Shown: one piece after another, positions 51,232 through 63,499 of the stretch | Position numbering within the stretch: the stretch's first letter is position 1 | How the letters are laid out: every line of letters starts with the position of its first letter | Assembly (NCBI RefSeq): GCF_006345805.1 | Contig: NC_043008.1 | Location: forward strand, 26,846,001-26,910,000 | Length of the DNA: 64,000 nucleotides | Direction: 5' to 3' | From: Octopus sinensis | Taxonomy: Eukaryota | Program-made: the position numbers and the translations under genes | The notes under the pieces: model-generated | Seen by the model: only the letters and a program-made list of their open reading frames with translations | The model's database searches: none | Told to the model about the DNA's origin: nothing

Positions 51232-51560
51232 CTGCCGTCATCATCCTTTAACATCTGTTTTCCATGCTGACATGTGTTGGATGGTTTGACAGGAGTTAAT
51301 CAGTCAGGAAGCTGTCCAGACTCAAGTTGTCTGTTTTGGTATGGTCTCTATAGCTGGATGCCCTTCTTAATACCAAGTACCTTACAGAGGGCACTGTGTG
51401 CCTTTTACATGGTACCCTCATGGGTGTGTACATGCAGCATCTGCATAAGTGTGTTTATGCAGCATCGGTATAAGTGCATGCTACATGGCACTGACACAAG
51501 TGCATTTCATGTAGCACCAGCACAAGTGCATCCCACTTGGCACTGGTAACTACAAAGGAC
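51232..51560 (-). mobile_element. RTE-type 3' tail fragment
   Basis: tcatcatcctttaacatctgttttccatgctgacatg...agctggatgccctt. Confidence 0.75.
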
Positions 51561-51854
51561 ATGTCTGAATGTATGGATGAGCTTGATGCATCTTCTGAGG
51601 CACAGTAAATCATCACAAATCCCAATCTCTTATCATTTCCTCAGTTAGGCCCAACATCTAAAGACCAGTGTATATAAAAAAAAAATTCTCATATTTGGTC
51701 AGGCATTTGCAGACAAAAAGAAATAGAGATTGGTCACATTATCTGTTTCTGTTTACTTAGTTTTGTTTGAGGTTCTTTTAGCTGCACTGATTTGACCAAT
51801 TATATTTAATTTTAATCATAATTGTAGTTGGCTCCAAAACTCTATGTTGTTGTT

Positions 51855-52101
51855 TGTTCCTTCTCAAGCCATATCTGGCTTGTAAGGGCCCGTTTCTCAT
51901 TTTCATTGGGGTAGCAGGAAGAAAGAGTGAGAGAAAGTTGTGGCAAAAGAGTCAGCAGAAGTTCACCATTACCTTCTGCTGGAGCCACATGAAACTTGGG
52001 TGTTTCGCCCATAAACACATACATCACCTGCTCTGAGATTTGAACCCATGATCCCTTGATTGCGAGTCCATTGCTCTAACTACTAGGCCATGTGCCTCCA
52101 C
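51855..52101 (-). mobile_element. Older copy of the V-domain-like SINE
   Basis: Colinear with 38611-38913 (aggaagaaagagtgagagaaagttg ... tgtgcctccac). Confidence 0.8.
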
Positions 52102-54667
52102 TCCAAAACTCTATGCTAGTGATAAATATCTTTTATGTTGTTTTAAAATTTGAAAATAATTTTTGGTCTTAAATTGAATTGGCAACCAACCTAAACATTG
52201 CTGCAAGATGAATCAGGCTTGTGAACAGTATGTCAGACTTCTTTTCTTAATATTTCTATGATAATCTGAATTAAAATATCAAGTCCTCTGGTTGTCATCA
52301 CCCTCATTTTTCTTTGTTACTGGCTTGACCTCTACAGTAAATGCTTTGTTGAATGCTCCCTTTCTAGAACCACATCAGTTCAACCCACTTGTGATATTAA
52401 TTAGTGACTTGTAGTTACTGCCATGAAGCATTAATTAATTTCATGTACCCATTAATTAGATCTCATCTTGCCACTGATTAAACAAACCACTTGCATTTCA
52501 CTCAACCACTCTTGTGTCCCCACCAACACAACACTGAATAAATTTTGTTTTCCATACTAACATTATTGTTGTTGTTACTATTATTAGCAACACTCGTTAT
52601 ACTATTGAAGAATGGATCTTTCTAGTTGTTTGTATTATATCCCTCACCATAACTGCTGCTAATCCCTCTTTAGGTTTTCTTGTGATTGTTGTTAGACTTT
52701 GCAGGAAACAAAAAAAAAATTTAAAGACATTGCAAGTGAAAAGTGTAAACTTTCTTTAACCTTTCATCTCTGACTAAAAATAGCATGGAAAGAAGATAAA
52801 AAATCAAGGAAAATACATTAAAATACATATTTTACCAAACATCGACTCAATTATTCATGGAAATTAATATTTTGTAGGCTAATTAAGGTAAAATATTATC
52901 TTAGTTTCTTAGGGTTTAAGCAAGAGCTGAGGGAATGAATAAGGTATGCTAAATCATACATGAAAATTGTTCTAAATATTATCTTAATTTCTTCCACTTT
53001 AAAATGGTGAAAGACACTTTTCCGTAGGTAATATATTTTGTGTGTTAATTGATGCTAGGTTTATCTCTGTTTCTGGAACTTTAGAAAGTTGTGAAACATT
53101 AGTTCTCTCTTGCTGGTATCATAATCAAATTTAATCTCTCAATCTCTACATTGATGATCAACTTTCTATCTCCTCTAACTATGCATGCTTCCCCACAGAG
53201 GCTTCACTCTTACTTCTTCCCACCTTGTGTTTACAGGCCTCATCTACATATAATTTCAACATATCCAACCAGGAATATTACACATATCATGAGGAAAGAT
53301 CTACTCAACAACAGAACACAGATATAACCATCCTACTCATGAATAATACATTTGAAGCTATTAGACATTATCCTTACAGACAGAATTTAGATGTCCCTAT
53401 CAGCAGGTTTAAGAGGATTTTAAAAGATATAGGAGCACCCAGTTCTCAGTTGAAATAATGAAAGAAAAATATGTAGCTTCCTGTGAAATTGCTCTGATAA
53501 GTATTGAAATCAAAGTTAGAAGAAAGCAAGTCACTGTAAAAAATATTATTTCATGTTCAACACACTGACAATTCAGCACATTATGTTAAAATCACTTCCA
53601 TTTTTTCATATTGTCATTTAATTATTATTGATTCTACAGAGAGAAATTTAAATTAATAAGATCTGTACGGCACTTTCTAAATACTATAATCATTTATCCT
53701 GTTCCCTGCACTAACTCAACTGTTTTATTAGTCTGTTACTGGTTAAGTATTCAAACCACAGCCATACTGGAGTACCACTGTTAAGGTTTTAGTTGATGTT
53801 ATCAACCCTAGTTCTTATTTCAGTCTGTATTGTATTTGAGCAATATTGTGAAGCTAAGTAATTGTTTTCTACATAAAGACATACAACTTGATACATACAC
53901 ATAGATACACACATACATCTAGGAAAAGGAAAGAGTTAATATGTGATGAATGAGAGAGTTAAAGATGCCTCTAGATTTGGATTAAAATTAAAAAAGGAAA
54001 AAGCAAAACATTTGGCATCACTCAAAAGATCATTTAATTTAGTGCGATACAGCTGTTTCTAGAAAAGCCAGCATGTGGATCGTAACATTAAGTTAGGATT
54101 CCATAAGCCACATATACTGCCATCAGAGAGGGAGAAGCTGGAGACAAAAAAAAAAGTGAAGAAATATTTCCAATCAAGGATATTAGTACATTCCAGTTTA
54201 TCAAAAATGAAGGAAGGATCAGAGTGAAATATATGTGTTACGTAGTTCCATGATCTTAACACAGTGATAGAAAATGTTGATTGTGCTGTTGTATTGCAGA
54301 AGGTGTCCCCATCATCAGTAATGCCAAAAATTATTCACAAAGGTCTGCCTTCCCATAAGACATTACATTGATATGAAAACTATCTGCAATGATACAAACA
54401 AGGAAGGTTGTCCTGATGGACCTACAAAACATACACCAGAACCAGAATCTATTTACACCTTTAAAAATAAAGAATACTTGTGGAACATTCCTATAATACA
54501 GCAACCTGTTGTCAACACAAATAAATCAGATACTGCTCCATTGGACAGAGCAAAAATCATGTGCTATTGTTGAGATCATTTACTGAAGATTAGGGAAAAG
54601 AACTTCTATGGTGAAATATTGACAATATTATAGCTCTCTCTCTCTCTCTCTCTCTCTCGCTCTTTCT

Positions 54668-54698
<31 letters not shown>

Positions 54699-54710
<12 letters not shown>

Positions 54711-54956
54711 GAAATGAGGTGATCTAGAAGATCGGATGGTTTATATTTACAGATATTTATTTATATATTATATTTTTTATATATATATCTCATATCATTT
54801 AGATCATTAGCACTTTCTCCCATTCTAGTGGGGTTTTCAAATTAAACTAAGTTGATTTGAGATATGAGATATATATATATAAAATGTAATATATAAATAA
54901 ATATCTATAAATATAAACCATCCGATCTTCTGATTACCTCATTTCTTCTAATATAT
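54699..54956. repeat. Foldback with ~95-bp arms and ~65-bp spacer containing an HHR-like motif
   Basis: tatattagaagaaatgagg...gaagatcggatggtttatattt pairs with its reverse complement at 54860-54956. Confidence 0.9.
54804..54844 (-). ncRNA. HHR-like motif with U3:A8 core, stem I weak
   Basis: UUGAAAA-cCCCA cuagaa UGGGa-GAAA-GUGC-UA^auga. Confidence 0.4.
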
Positions 54957-56866
54957 AATACCTGTACATCATCTCCAAACCTTCCAATATATGTATATAT
55001 ATATATATATATGTATTTATAACTGAGATCATGGGTGCATTGAGCTGTGCAGCATCAGATTTATATAAAAGCCTTGAAAGAACAAAGGAAATTGATTCAC
55101 CTTTCTTTCAAAAACTGTAGTTAGTAGTAGAGGGAAATATTTTACAACATTCTAGGATTCACAACTTGAGGTTCTTGAGCTGAACACAAAATCACAGGCA
55201 CATATGGAATTTACACACACATACACACAAACACAAATGCATGCACACACAGAGTAATAAAGCACACACTATTGTGTACTAATGTGACAAATATACCCAT
55301 TACATGAGTGCAAGTTTACCCATAAACATTCATGTGCATATATGTACACACGAACCAATCTAGATATTCAGAAGAACTGTTTTGATGTCAACAAAAGTGT
55401 CTTGACACTTTGTAACCATTAGGAATTCAGCAAATATAAAATATAGATTAACTGCAGAAGACTTGTAACACCTAGAAAGTAATGAGTTAAGCATGATATG
55501 ATGATAGTTGTTTAATGTTAGTATACATGAACAATGAATTTTAAATGCGATGCAAGATAAACTGGGTATAAGAGGAATCAAATGTAATGGTATGAGCATG
55601 TGATATATGTGAAAAGTCAACCACTGCATAAAGGAGTGCTGAGAACTCCAAGTTAGTGGAACCAATGGAGGAGTGTAACCAAGATAAACTTAGGATGATG
55701 TGAAGTCTCATCTGAAGATGCTGCATCTCAAATAGATGACAAAGTACTAAATTGACTGATAATACCTAATCCTACAGAAGATCTCTGCCTGTTATAATGA
55801 AGTGTACATTGTACATTATGTTGTCCTCTCACCTTTTCACACTTTGAATCTTTTGAAAGTCTCATCCACTTTGGTCCAGTTTCATTCCTCCACTAAGTCT
55901 ATGTATGTGAGACTTCATTGGTTCATCTCATTCCTCTGAATCCTTCTTCACCCCATTGCAGGCCTATGTAGCAGAAACTAGATCATTCCACTCTCATCTC
56001 TTCACTATATATCTATTTATAAAAGGCGGAGTGGACAAACATCAGGTTTCAATTATTTCTTCTGTCTAGAATATCTCTCTTACTCTTTTCACCTTGTCTA
56101 CTACCAACCCTCACACACTCCACTATAAATCAGGGCCATTTCTATTGCCCCTACTTATCCAATCACTTGCTTTTACCTGTATCCTCCTTTGCTGTTTCCA
56201 ATCACTCCCTTCCCAATTCTATTCCAAATAATTTTGATGCTAACAACATACTGCCATTCCTTTCTTTCATCCAGTTCTCCAGGAAACTTCTCACATCAAC
56301 ATCCTCTGTTCTGATCCACTCTTTTGTTACCTGAGCTAATGCACAAATGCTAGGTTATTGAATACTCTCAGGACTTACATGTTTACTTCATTCACTTCTA
56401 ATCTCACAGCTGGCATCACTTCTCTCTTGTTTCCCCTCCCTGAGCTACATGACCTTGCTTTGTATACTTTATACATTGTCCTGTATATAGAGCACCACCC
56501 CTTCTAAACATTACTACAACAAACTCTGACAACTTGCACTCTCACAAGGTAACACATAAGCAATTTAGCTACTATCTCTCATATTGGTGCCACAGAATGT
56601 ATTTAGTGCATACTGTAAAGTTGTTAGAAAATTGAGCAGAAAATAAATAGAATTCTGAGTTCCTTATATTTAATCCCTTTAGTGTTAATGCCATGAAAGT
56701 GTATCCAATAAATACTCTCTTAAAGTGGTTGTTGAGAGGAAGGGTATTCAGGTATAGAAATACTTCAGTCTGTGACAGCCTGTCCAACTTGCCCAACCTA
56801 AACCAGCATGATAACGATGATGGTGATGGAGGTTGTGGTGTGTGTATGTAAGTATATAAGTATATA

Positions 56867-57487
56867 CATGGTAGTATCAAAAAGTTCCTGCACTTGTTCT
56901 GCAGTGACCTTCATGAGGCAGTGTGCTGGGTGACATCTGGGTTTATTTCACATGTTGTAAAATTTGTGTTGTGATCACATGTATGCTGTTGTCTGCAATT
57001 TTTGTCATGGACAGGAAGATGGAACAAAGAACCAACATGAAATTTTGTGTTAAACTTGGGAAGTCTGCTACGGAAGCATTGAGAATGCTTTGGCAAGCTT
57101 ATGGTGTTGAGGCAATGGGTTGTACACAATGTTTTGAGTGACACAGGCACTTCAAAAGTGGAAGAATATCCCTGGAAAACGATGAGTTATCTGGAAGGCC
57201 TGCCATGAGCATCACCCTCAGAAATATGGAGAAAATTCATCAGCTTGTGCATGAAGATCATCGGAGGACAATCAATGACATTGCTTGCTGTTGGTGTCAT
57301 ATTTAAATTGAACATGCGGTGAGTCTCTGTCAAGTTTACTCCTGATCTGCTGATCACTGAGTAGAAAGAACAGGAATGCTGGAACTGGTGTATTGCTGCA
57401 CAAGGTGACTATTTTCAAGAAGATGATGTTAAAATAAGTTATTTTTTATTAAACATAACTAGTCTGGCAACCTTTTGATACTATCTA
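56867..57487 (+). mobile_element. Internally deleted mariner (N-terminal HTH retained)
   Basis: TIR catggtagtatcaaaaagttcc / ccttttgatactatcta; MEQRTNMKFCVKLGKSATE...SGRPA...VHEDHRRTINDIA. Confidence 0.9.
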
Positions 57488-59047
57488 TATATGGATGTTT
57501 GTAATGTGCTTCCATCTACTTTCTTTCAAGCAAATTTAACTTATAAGCTATTGGTCAACCTCAGGCTACAACAATGAGATTGGATCCAGAATTACTTGCT
57601 TGTAAATCAAACTTCTTAACCACATTGAATACACCTGAGGAATATTTTCATTTTTTGCTCTGTCATTTTAGCTGTCATTTTCAACCTTGTATCAAGTTTT
57701 AAAAGAACTTCAGTCAATCTGATTCATTCTTTTATTTTGAAAGTTTGAGTTGAAAGGCTGAGTTGGTCCAAGAAAGATCTAAAACCTAATAAGGTTATTA
57801 AAGATAAATACGATTATCATATTTCCACTGTACCTTGTGTTCATCTTTAGGGATTTGAACATAGACAGAAAAATTATCTTTTCTATTGCAACAACAGATT
57901 AAAAGTCAAAATACTGGAACTTTAAGGACAGGTATTCATTCTCTCTGATATCATCCATTTGTTTCTTTGAAAGAAATTTAGTAGTTACCTTACATTATGC
58001 TATTTCCTATAGAAATGCTACATACACTCTGAGTGCTTAAGTTTAACTAAGACTCTTGCCTAGACATGATATACAAATGTCACTATATGTATGTGAAAAG
58101 TATTATACATTTCAACTTAACCTTATATAAAAAATCGACTTATACTCTGTTAATATGTTTCTGTCAGTCATTCTCTAGCCCTTCCTTTACAGATGTTACA
58201 ATTACAATCAGGCAGGGGATGAAGAAACTGTCAACTCATCTATGGACATAATGATTCTGTGAGCAATAGAGAAGAATAAATGAAAAAAAAAAAAACTAAA
58301 CAGAAATGAAACCAACAATAAAAAGAAGAAAGTGTAAGTTAGATGACTTGTAAAATTTTCCCTAAAAGATGATATTATAATTAAAGATGAACTCTAGTTT
58401 TGATGTCAAAAAGAAGGGTCATATTACAAACTTTGAACTTTGAGGTCAGTAAGAAAAGAAAAAGCCAAACATTTTCCATCAACACCAATGCCACCATCAC
58501 AGTCATTACCACCACAATTTGAACAATAAAAATATTTGATTGGACAAGGTTAAGTCTGTTTATAAGAGAAATAAGCTGTTTATGACATATGATTGAGATG
58601 AGAATGAAGGGGTAAGTAATACAATGAACTATATCAAAGCAGATGGTTACTAATGAATTCTTTAACCAGGCATTTGGCCAGTTTTCATAGCAATACAGAA
58701 TATTGATTGAATTCACCCCTCCACTCCCATTATGCATTTTTATTTATCCTAGAAAAATGAAAGTAGCTTTACTTCTGATGGATTTGAACGTGAACATGGA
58801 AGATGATATGAACCAAAAGGTTTTATTGATTCCAGTTTATATGAAATATTACCTAGTTAGCAAAATGCTATTATTTTGTTTATTACATCCTAGGGATTTC
58901 TTTAGAGTAATATTCACTATGTTTTATTAATCCTAAGAGAAGCAATAACAAAAACAAAATCCAGAAGAGTAAAATACTAGACTAAATATGATAAAGAATC
59001 TAGAATTTGAAATTTTGTTTTTATAGATTCAAAGCTTCTTTCTTTAC

Positions 59048-59093
59048 CTTTTGGATGGAAGAAGGAACTATGTCCATGTACTCTAGAGTTTCT
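59048..59093 (-). CDS. Candidate exon (RNSRVHGHSSFFHPK, phase 0 to 1; alternative frame ETLEYMDIVPSSIQK)
   Basis: ttaatttcag| 46 nt aag|gtaaag; two frames are open, and frame 0 fits both neighbouring candidates. Confidence 0.5.
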
Positions 59094-60250
59094 CTGAAAT
59101 TAATCAAATTGTTATATCCTATGGAAAGTAGATGTAACTTTACAAAATCATCACATGGTTAATTAGTTTAGAGCTTGAAGGCAATCCTTTCCTTCAATAA
59201 TCCTTTTATTGGTTTGCCCATGAATAATGGAACCATAGTTATGGCCTTTGTAAGTTCTGTAACACTAGGGAAACATGTGGAGGATGGGAATCCCCGAGGG
59301 CCAATATTCTGATAAGGAAGGATTGGGCATTATGATTATTGCAGATGAGAATGAGAATGGACTCAAAATGGGTAATGAAAGGCAGAAAACAAACGAATCA
59401 GGAGTAGCTGAGTCTATGTCATCATAAGAGGTACTGGGTTTCCTAGAAACTGATCATTGATGGATACATTTAATTATGAAAATCATATAATTGACATGAT
59501 TGCCTGAAAGAAAAAATGATGTAAGTTAATAAATGTTAGGATGATATCAATAGTTAAGATATTCAGATAATATTAGTACTAACTATAACATTTCAGCTCA
59601 AGAAAATGCTAGTTCAAAGTCGGTTCTATTAAGATCTGAAGACTGAAATGTTAGAAAGAAAGGTTGAAAATTATTGAGTGTGATTTTATTAGCAATTAGA
59701 GTGTTGTTATCTATTTATCACCCAAGTGATAAAATCTTTCAAAAATTCATTTAACCCTAAGAATTCAATTGCATATGTTTATTAAGTGTGTCTGAAAATA
59801 CAATGCTTGAAATTAAAACAAATCTCATGTTATCAAATAAAAATATACATGAATAATTATGCTTATATGACATAATGAAAGAAATTTCAAAAAAGAATAT
59901 AAGTACTTGCCTCATCATCAGCTCAATATAAAAATAAATTTCTCTAATATTTTGCTTTTCAATCAATCAAACAAAGAAACCATAGAACAGGGTGCCCATC
60001 AATATATAACAAGAAACACAATCTCCTCAGTTAAGCTTTGTCAACCATTAATTCACCTTATATTTTAAAATTTACTTTCATTGCTTAAGGAATGAAAAAT
60101 TATACTTATTTTACCATTGAATTCCATCATTTCATACATAAAAAAAGTACATTTTTTAAAAGCATACAATAGTTTGGGGTTGAAATATTAAAAAGTAAAT
60201 TAATCTAACCTGGATTGTACAAATGTTTGACACAGGTGTCTTTTTTTATT

Positions 60251-60620
60251 TCTTTTACTTGTTTCCCTCATTGAACTGTAGCTACACTGGAGCACTGCTT
60301 TGAAGGGTTTTACTTAAATGAATTGACCTCAGTATTTTTTATTTTGTAGTTTTGAAACTTGGTACTTATTCAATCAGTCTCTTAGGCCAAACCACTAAGT
60401 TACAGGAACGTAAACAAACCAACAATTGGTAGTGAAAGACAAGATACACACATGCACACACACATATGATGGGCTTCTTTTGGTTTTTGTCAACTAAATG
60501 CATACACAAAGTTTTGGGTGGCTGTGGGGCCATACTAGATGACACTTACCCAAGGTGTCATGCAATGGGATTGAATATATAACCATGTGGTTGGGAAGCA
60601 AATTTCTTACCAGACAGCCA
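60251..60620 (-). mobile_element. tRNA-derived SINE (family of 44103-44460)
   Basis: tcttttacttgtttc...ccaaggtgtcatgcaatgggattgaa...aaccatgtggttgggaagc. Confidence 0.85.
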
Positions 60621-60993
60621 CACCAGCATCTATGGTGGATTTTTATTTATTTATTTATTGTCAAAAGAAAGTCAGAGATTATGAGATTAAGGTGTTCGGC
60701 AATAAGCTACAAAGTTCAAACCCTACAATGACAGCTATTCACCATTGTGCTGAAACCCTTATCAACTCATGTAACTCAGCTTACTTATGTAAAGAAAAAA
60801 ATCAGGGATATTTTCATTGAGTAAGTTTATGCACAATTTACTGCTTTCTGCTAAATTCATTTCTTTAAGATTTCAGAAACAGATTTGAAAACTGCAGATA
60901 TATGCATATAATTTTTACGTGAAGATTCACTTCATATATCAAACCACTTTAGAGTGAAACTTATGAACCAAGCAACCTGTGGCAAGCAATTAC

Positions 60994-61061
60994 ATGCTGG
61001 ACATGCAGAAGGTCATCCTCCTCTTTGAGTTTCTGTATTATGCTTTTAGTTGGGCTATTGT
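60994..61061 (-). CDS. Candidate exon (NSPTKSIIQKLKEEDDLLHVQH), phase 1 to 0
   Basis: gacttgcag| 68 nt cat|gtaatt; only one frame is open; acceptor is moderate. Confidence 0.5.
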
Positions 61062-62392
61062 CTGCAAGTCTTCATTTAACCTATTTCTACTTCACTGTTG
61101 AGTGCCAACAATTCTGTCAATTCCATGCTCCAAAAGGGAGAAAGAAAAAGGAAGTAGTTTGTAGTTATTTAATTAATCTTCAGTTGTTTCCCTTAGGTTT
61201 GAAAGCAAATACATTGCTACCTATTCTTAATGCATACAAGAATGGAAGTAGATACAATAAAGTGTCTTGCTTAGAGACACAACGAAATACCTACTGTGTA
61301 TTTGAATTCAAAATCTATATGATGCTTGTACAGATATATAAAAATATTATTTTTATATATTATCAATACTTGTTGATGTTTTTAGCTGTAGTAATTAATG
61401 AATTAATCAAAAATAAAAAAAAAACAGCAACAAATAATTGCATACTGTTTGCAATAAAGACATTTATCTTTATTATATTTATCCTGATATACACCAGACA
61501 CATTAAACAAGCACTAAGAGTAACTAACTCCAATAACACATGACATATTAGCAGATTTTGACCAAAACAGAATTAATTTGTTTTTACTATTGAATTAGTA
61601 TATTCATAATTAAAATGTTTTACAAAGTTACATGCTTAATTGACCAATCTCAATTAATTAAGCATGAGTTATAATAAATAGTACCGTCTAGCTGGTTTGG
61701 TCATCACAAGTTAGAAAGGTAGCATAATAAGAGAATTTATCATCAGAAAGTTAGGTAGTATATAACCAAAGTGTTGACAAAAAACTATCTGAATACTAAG
61801 TAGCAACTATTAATAGTAGTTTTATTTCTAGCCACAAATAAACCAGTGTAAGCAATCTACAAAATTCAATTTATTTGGATATGGTTTTATATAGATTTTT
61901 AATTTTGTAAATTGTGGGTACAGTGCTTTGAGAGCACAATTTTGAGTGCATATAAATAAATATGTGTTTTGCTTTGATGTCATCATATTTCAAATCATTC
62001 TATAATAAAAAAAAAGAGGTTTGGTAATTACATGTCTAAGTTATGGAATACAGTTATTATATGTTAGAATTATTAAAAGAGTAATTTTTGAATTCTAGAA
62101 TATAAACTACTTCCTTTTTTTTTTTGCTATATTCTTTATCCTTTCGTCTATTTTGGCAATGTCTTCAAATAAGAATACTACATATGAGTGCAACATAATG
62201 GTTATGGCAAGATTGGAACTTCTTTTCAATAACAGTAGATTATTGCCACTTTATTACTGTTTATTTCCTTTACTTAAAATATGTGGGGAAAATGCAAGAA
62301 AACAAAAAAATAATAGAATAACATATTTACTCGCACACACATACATAATTGCATATCACTGTCATCATCATCATTGTTTACATCTATTTATC

Positions 62393-62436
<44 letters not shown>

Positions 62437-62441
<5 letters not shown>

Positions 62442-63232
62442 CAACAATTGAGGAACGGCCTCAATAGGCCATTCGACCCACTAGAAAGAGCAGCCAGGAC
62501 TCAAACCGCCAAATAGTAGTAATTCAGAAATTAAAGGAAAATTAAAAAACATTTACCCTATTCATCTTTAGACAATGCATTGTTTCAACGTTTTTAATGG
62601 CAAACCAGCCTAATTAAATTAAATTAAACTTAATCAAGTCAATCTACCAAAGGCTACGTCTCATCGGTAAAGAAGCCAGGAGGGATAGATATACACAAGG
62701 CGGCAGTATCTATGCCCCGGGAATATCTGCCCTAAAATTTTCAAACCCACCGTAATCGCGCCAAACTTATCAGCAGCAAATATTAACTGCTTATTCAATT
62801 TCAGAATTAGTCAGAAAATCATCAATTAATCAATATAGGGTAGCAAAAAATCCAATAGAAATTTTTTTGCCACCAGTGGTCTAGTGAGAAAGAGAAAATA
62901 GTCAGAGACTATATATATAAATTCAACAACAATTAAGGAATGACCTCAATAATTAGGCTGGTTTGCCATTAAAAACGTTGAAACAATGCATTGTCTAAAG
63001 ATGAATAGGGTAAATGTTTTTTAATTTTCCTTTAATTTCTAAATTACTACTATTTGGTGGTTTGAGTCCTGGCTGCTCTTTCTAGTGGGTCGAATGACCT
63101 ATTGAGGTCGTTCCTCAATTGTTGTTGAATTTATATATATAGTCTCTGACTATTTTCTCTTTCTCATTAGACCGCTGGTGGCGAAAAAATTTCTATTGAA
63201 TTTTTTGCTACCCTATATTGATTAATTGATGA
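62437..63232 (-). mobile_element. Retrozyme/pLTR-like element: 485-bp permuted unit plus inverted partial copy
   Basis: Direct repeat ttcaacaacaatt at 62437 and 62922; 62951-63129 is the reverse complement of 62437-62615; 63130-63232 is the reverse complement of 62819-62921; contains an HHR. Confidence 0.8.
62565..62673 (-). ncRNA. Type I hammerhead with extended stem II and palindromic stem III (U4C in this copy)
   Basis: UCUUUA-CCGAUGA-GACGU...ACGUU-GAAA-CAAUGCAUUG-UC^UAAAGA. Stem I 6 bp, stem II 5 bp plus inner AGCCU/AGGCU, stem III ACAAUGCAUUGU. Confidence 0.75.
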
Positions 63233-63499
63233 ATACATATATATAAATTTAAATGCACATGTGTGTATCAATGTGTGTGTATTTGTGTGTGCATGTGCAT
63301 GCGCATACATGTGTACATTAATTTATTTATTACTGTTAGGTTTTTAAATTCCCAGCTTCTTGCTGACACAGGCCAAACTCAAGATAAATTGCTTTTGCCT
63401 TTAGAATCCTTAATGAATTTTACCACATTGTACATAATTGGTGTTTCTGTGTGTGGGCACAAAGTACTCTGCTAATTCTTCTTCATTCTGTGAAGGCTT

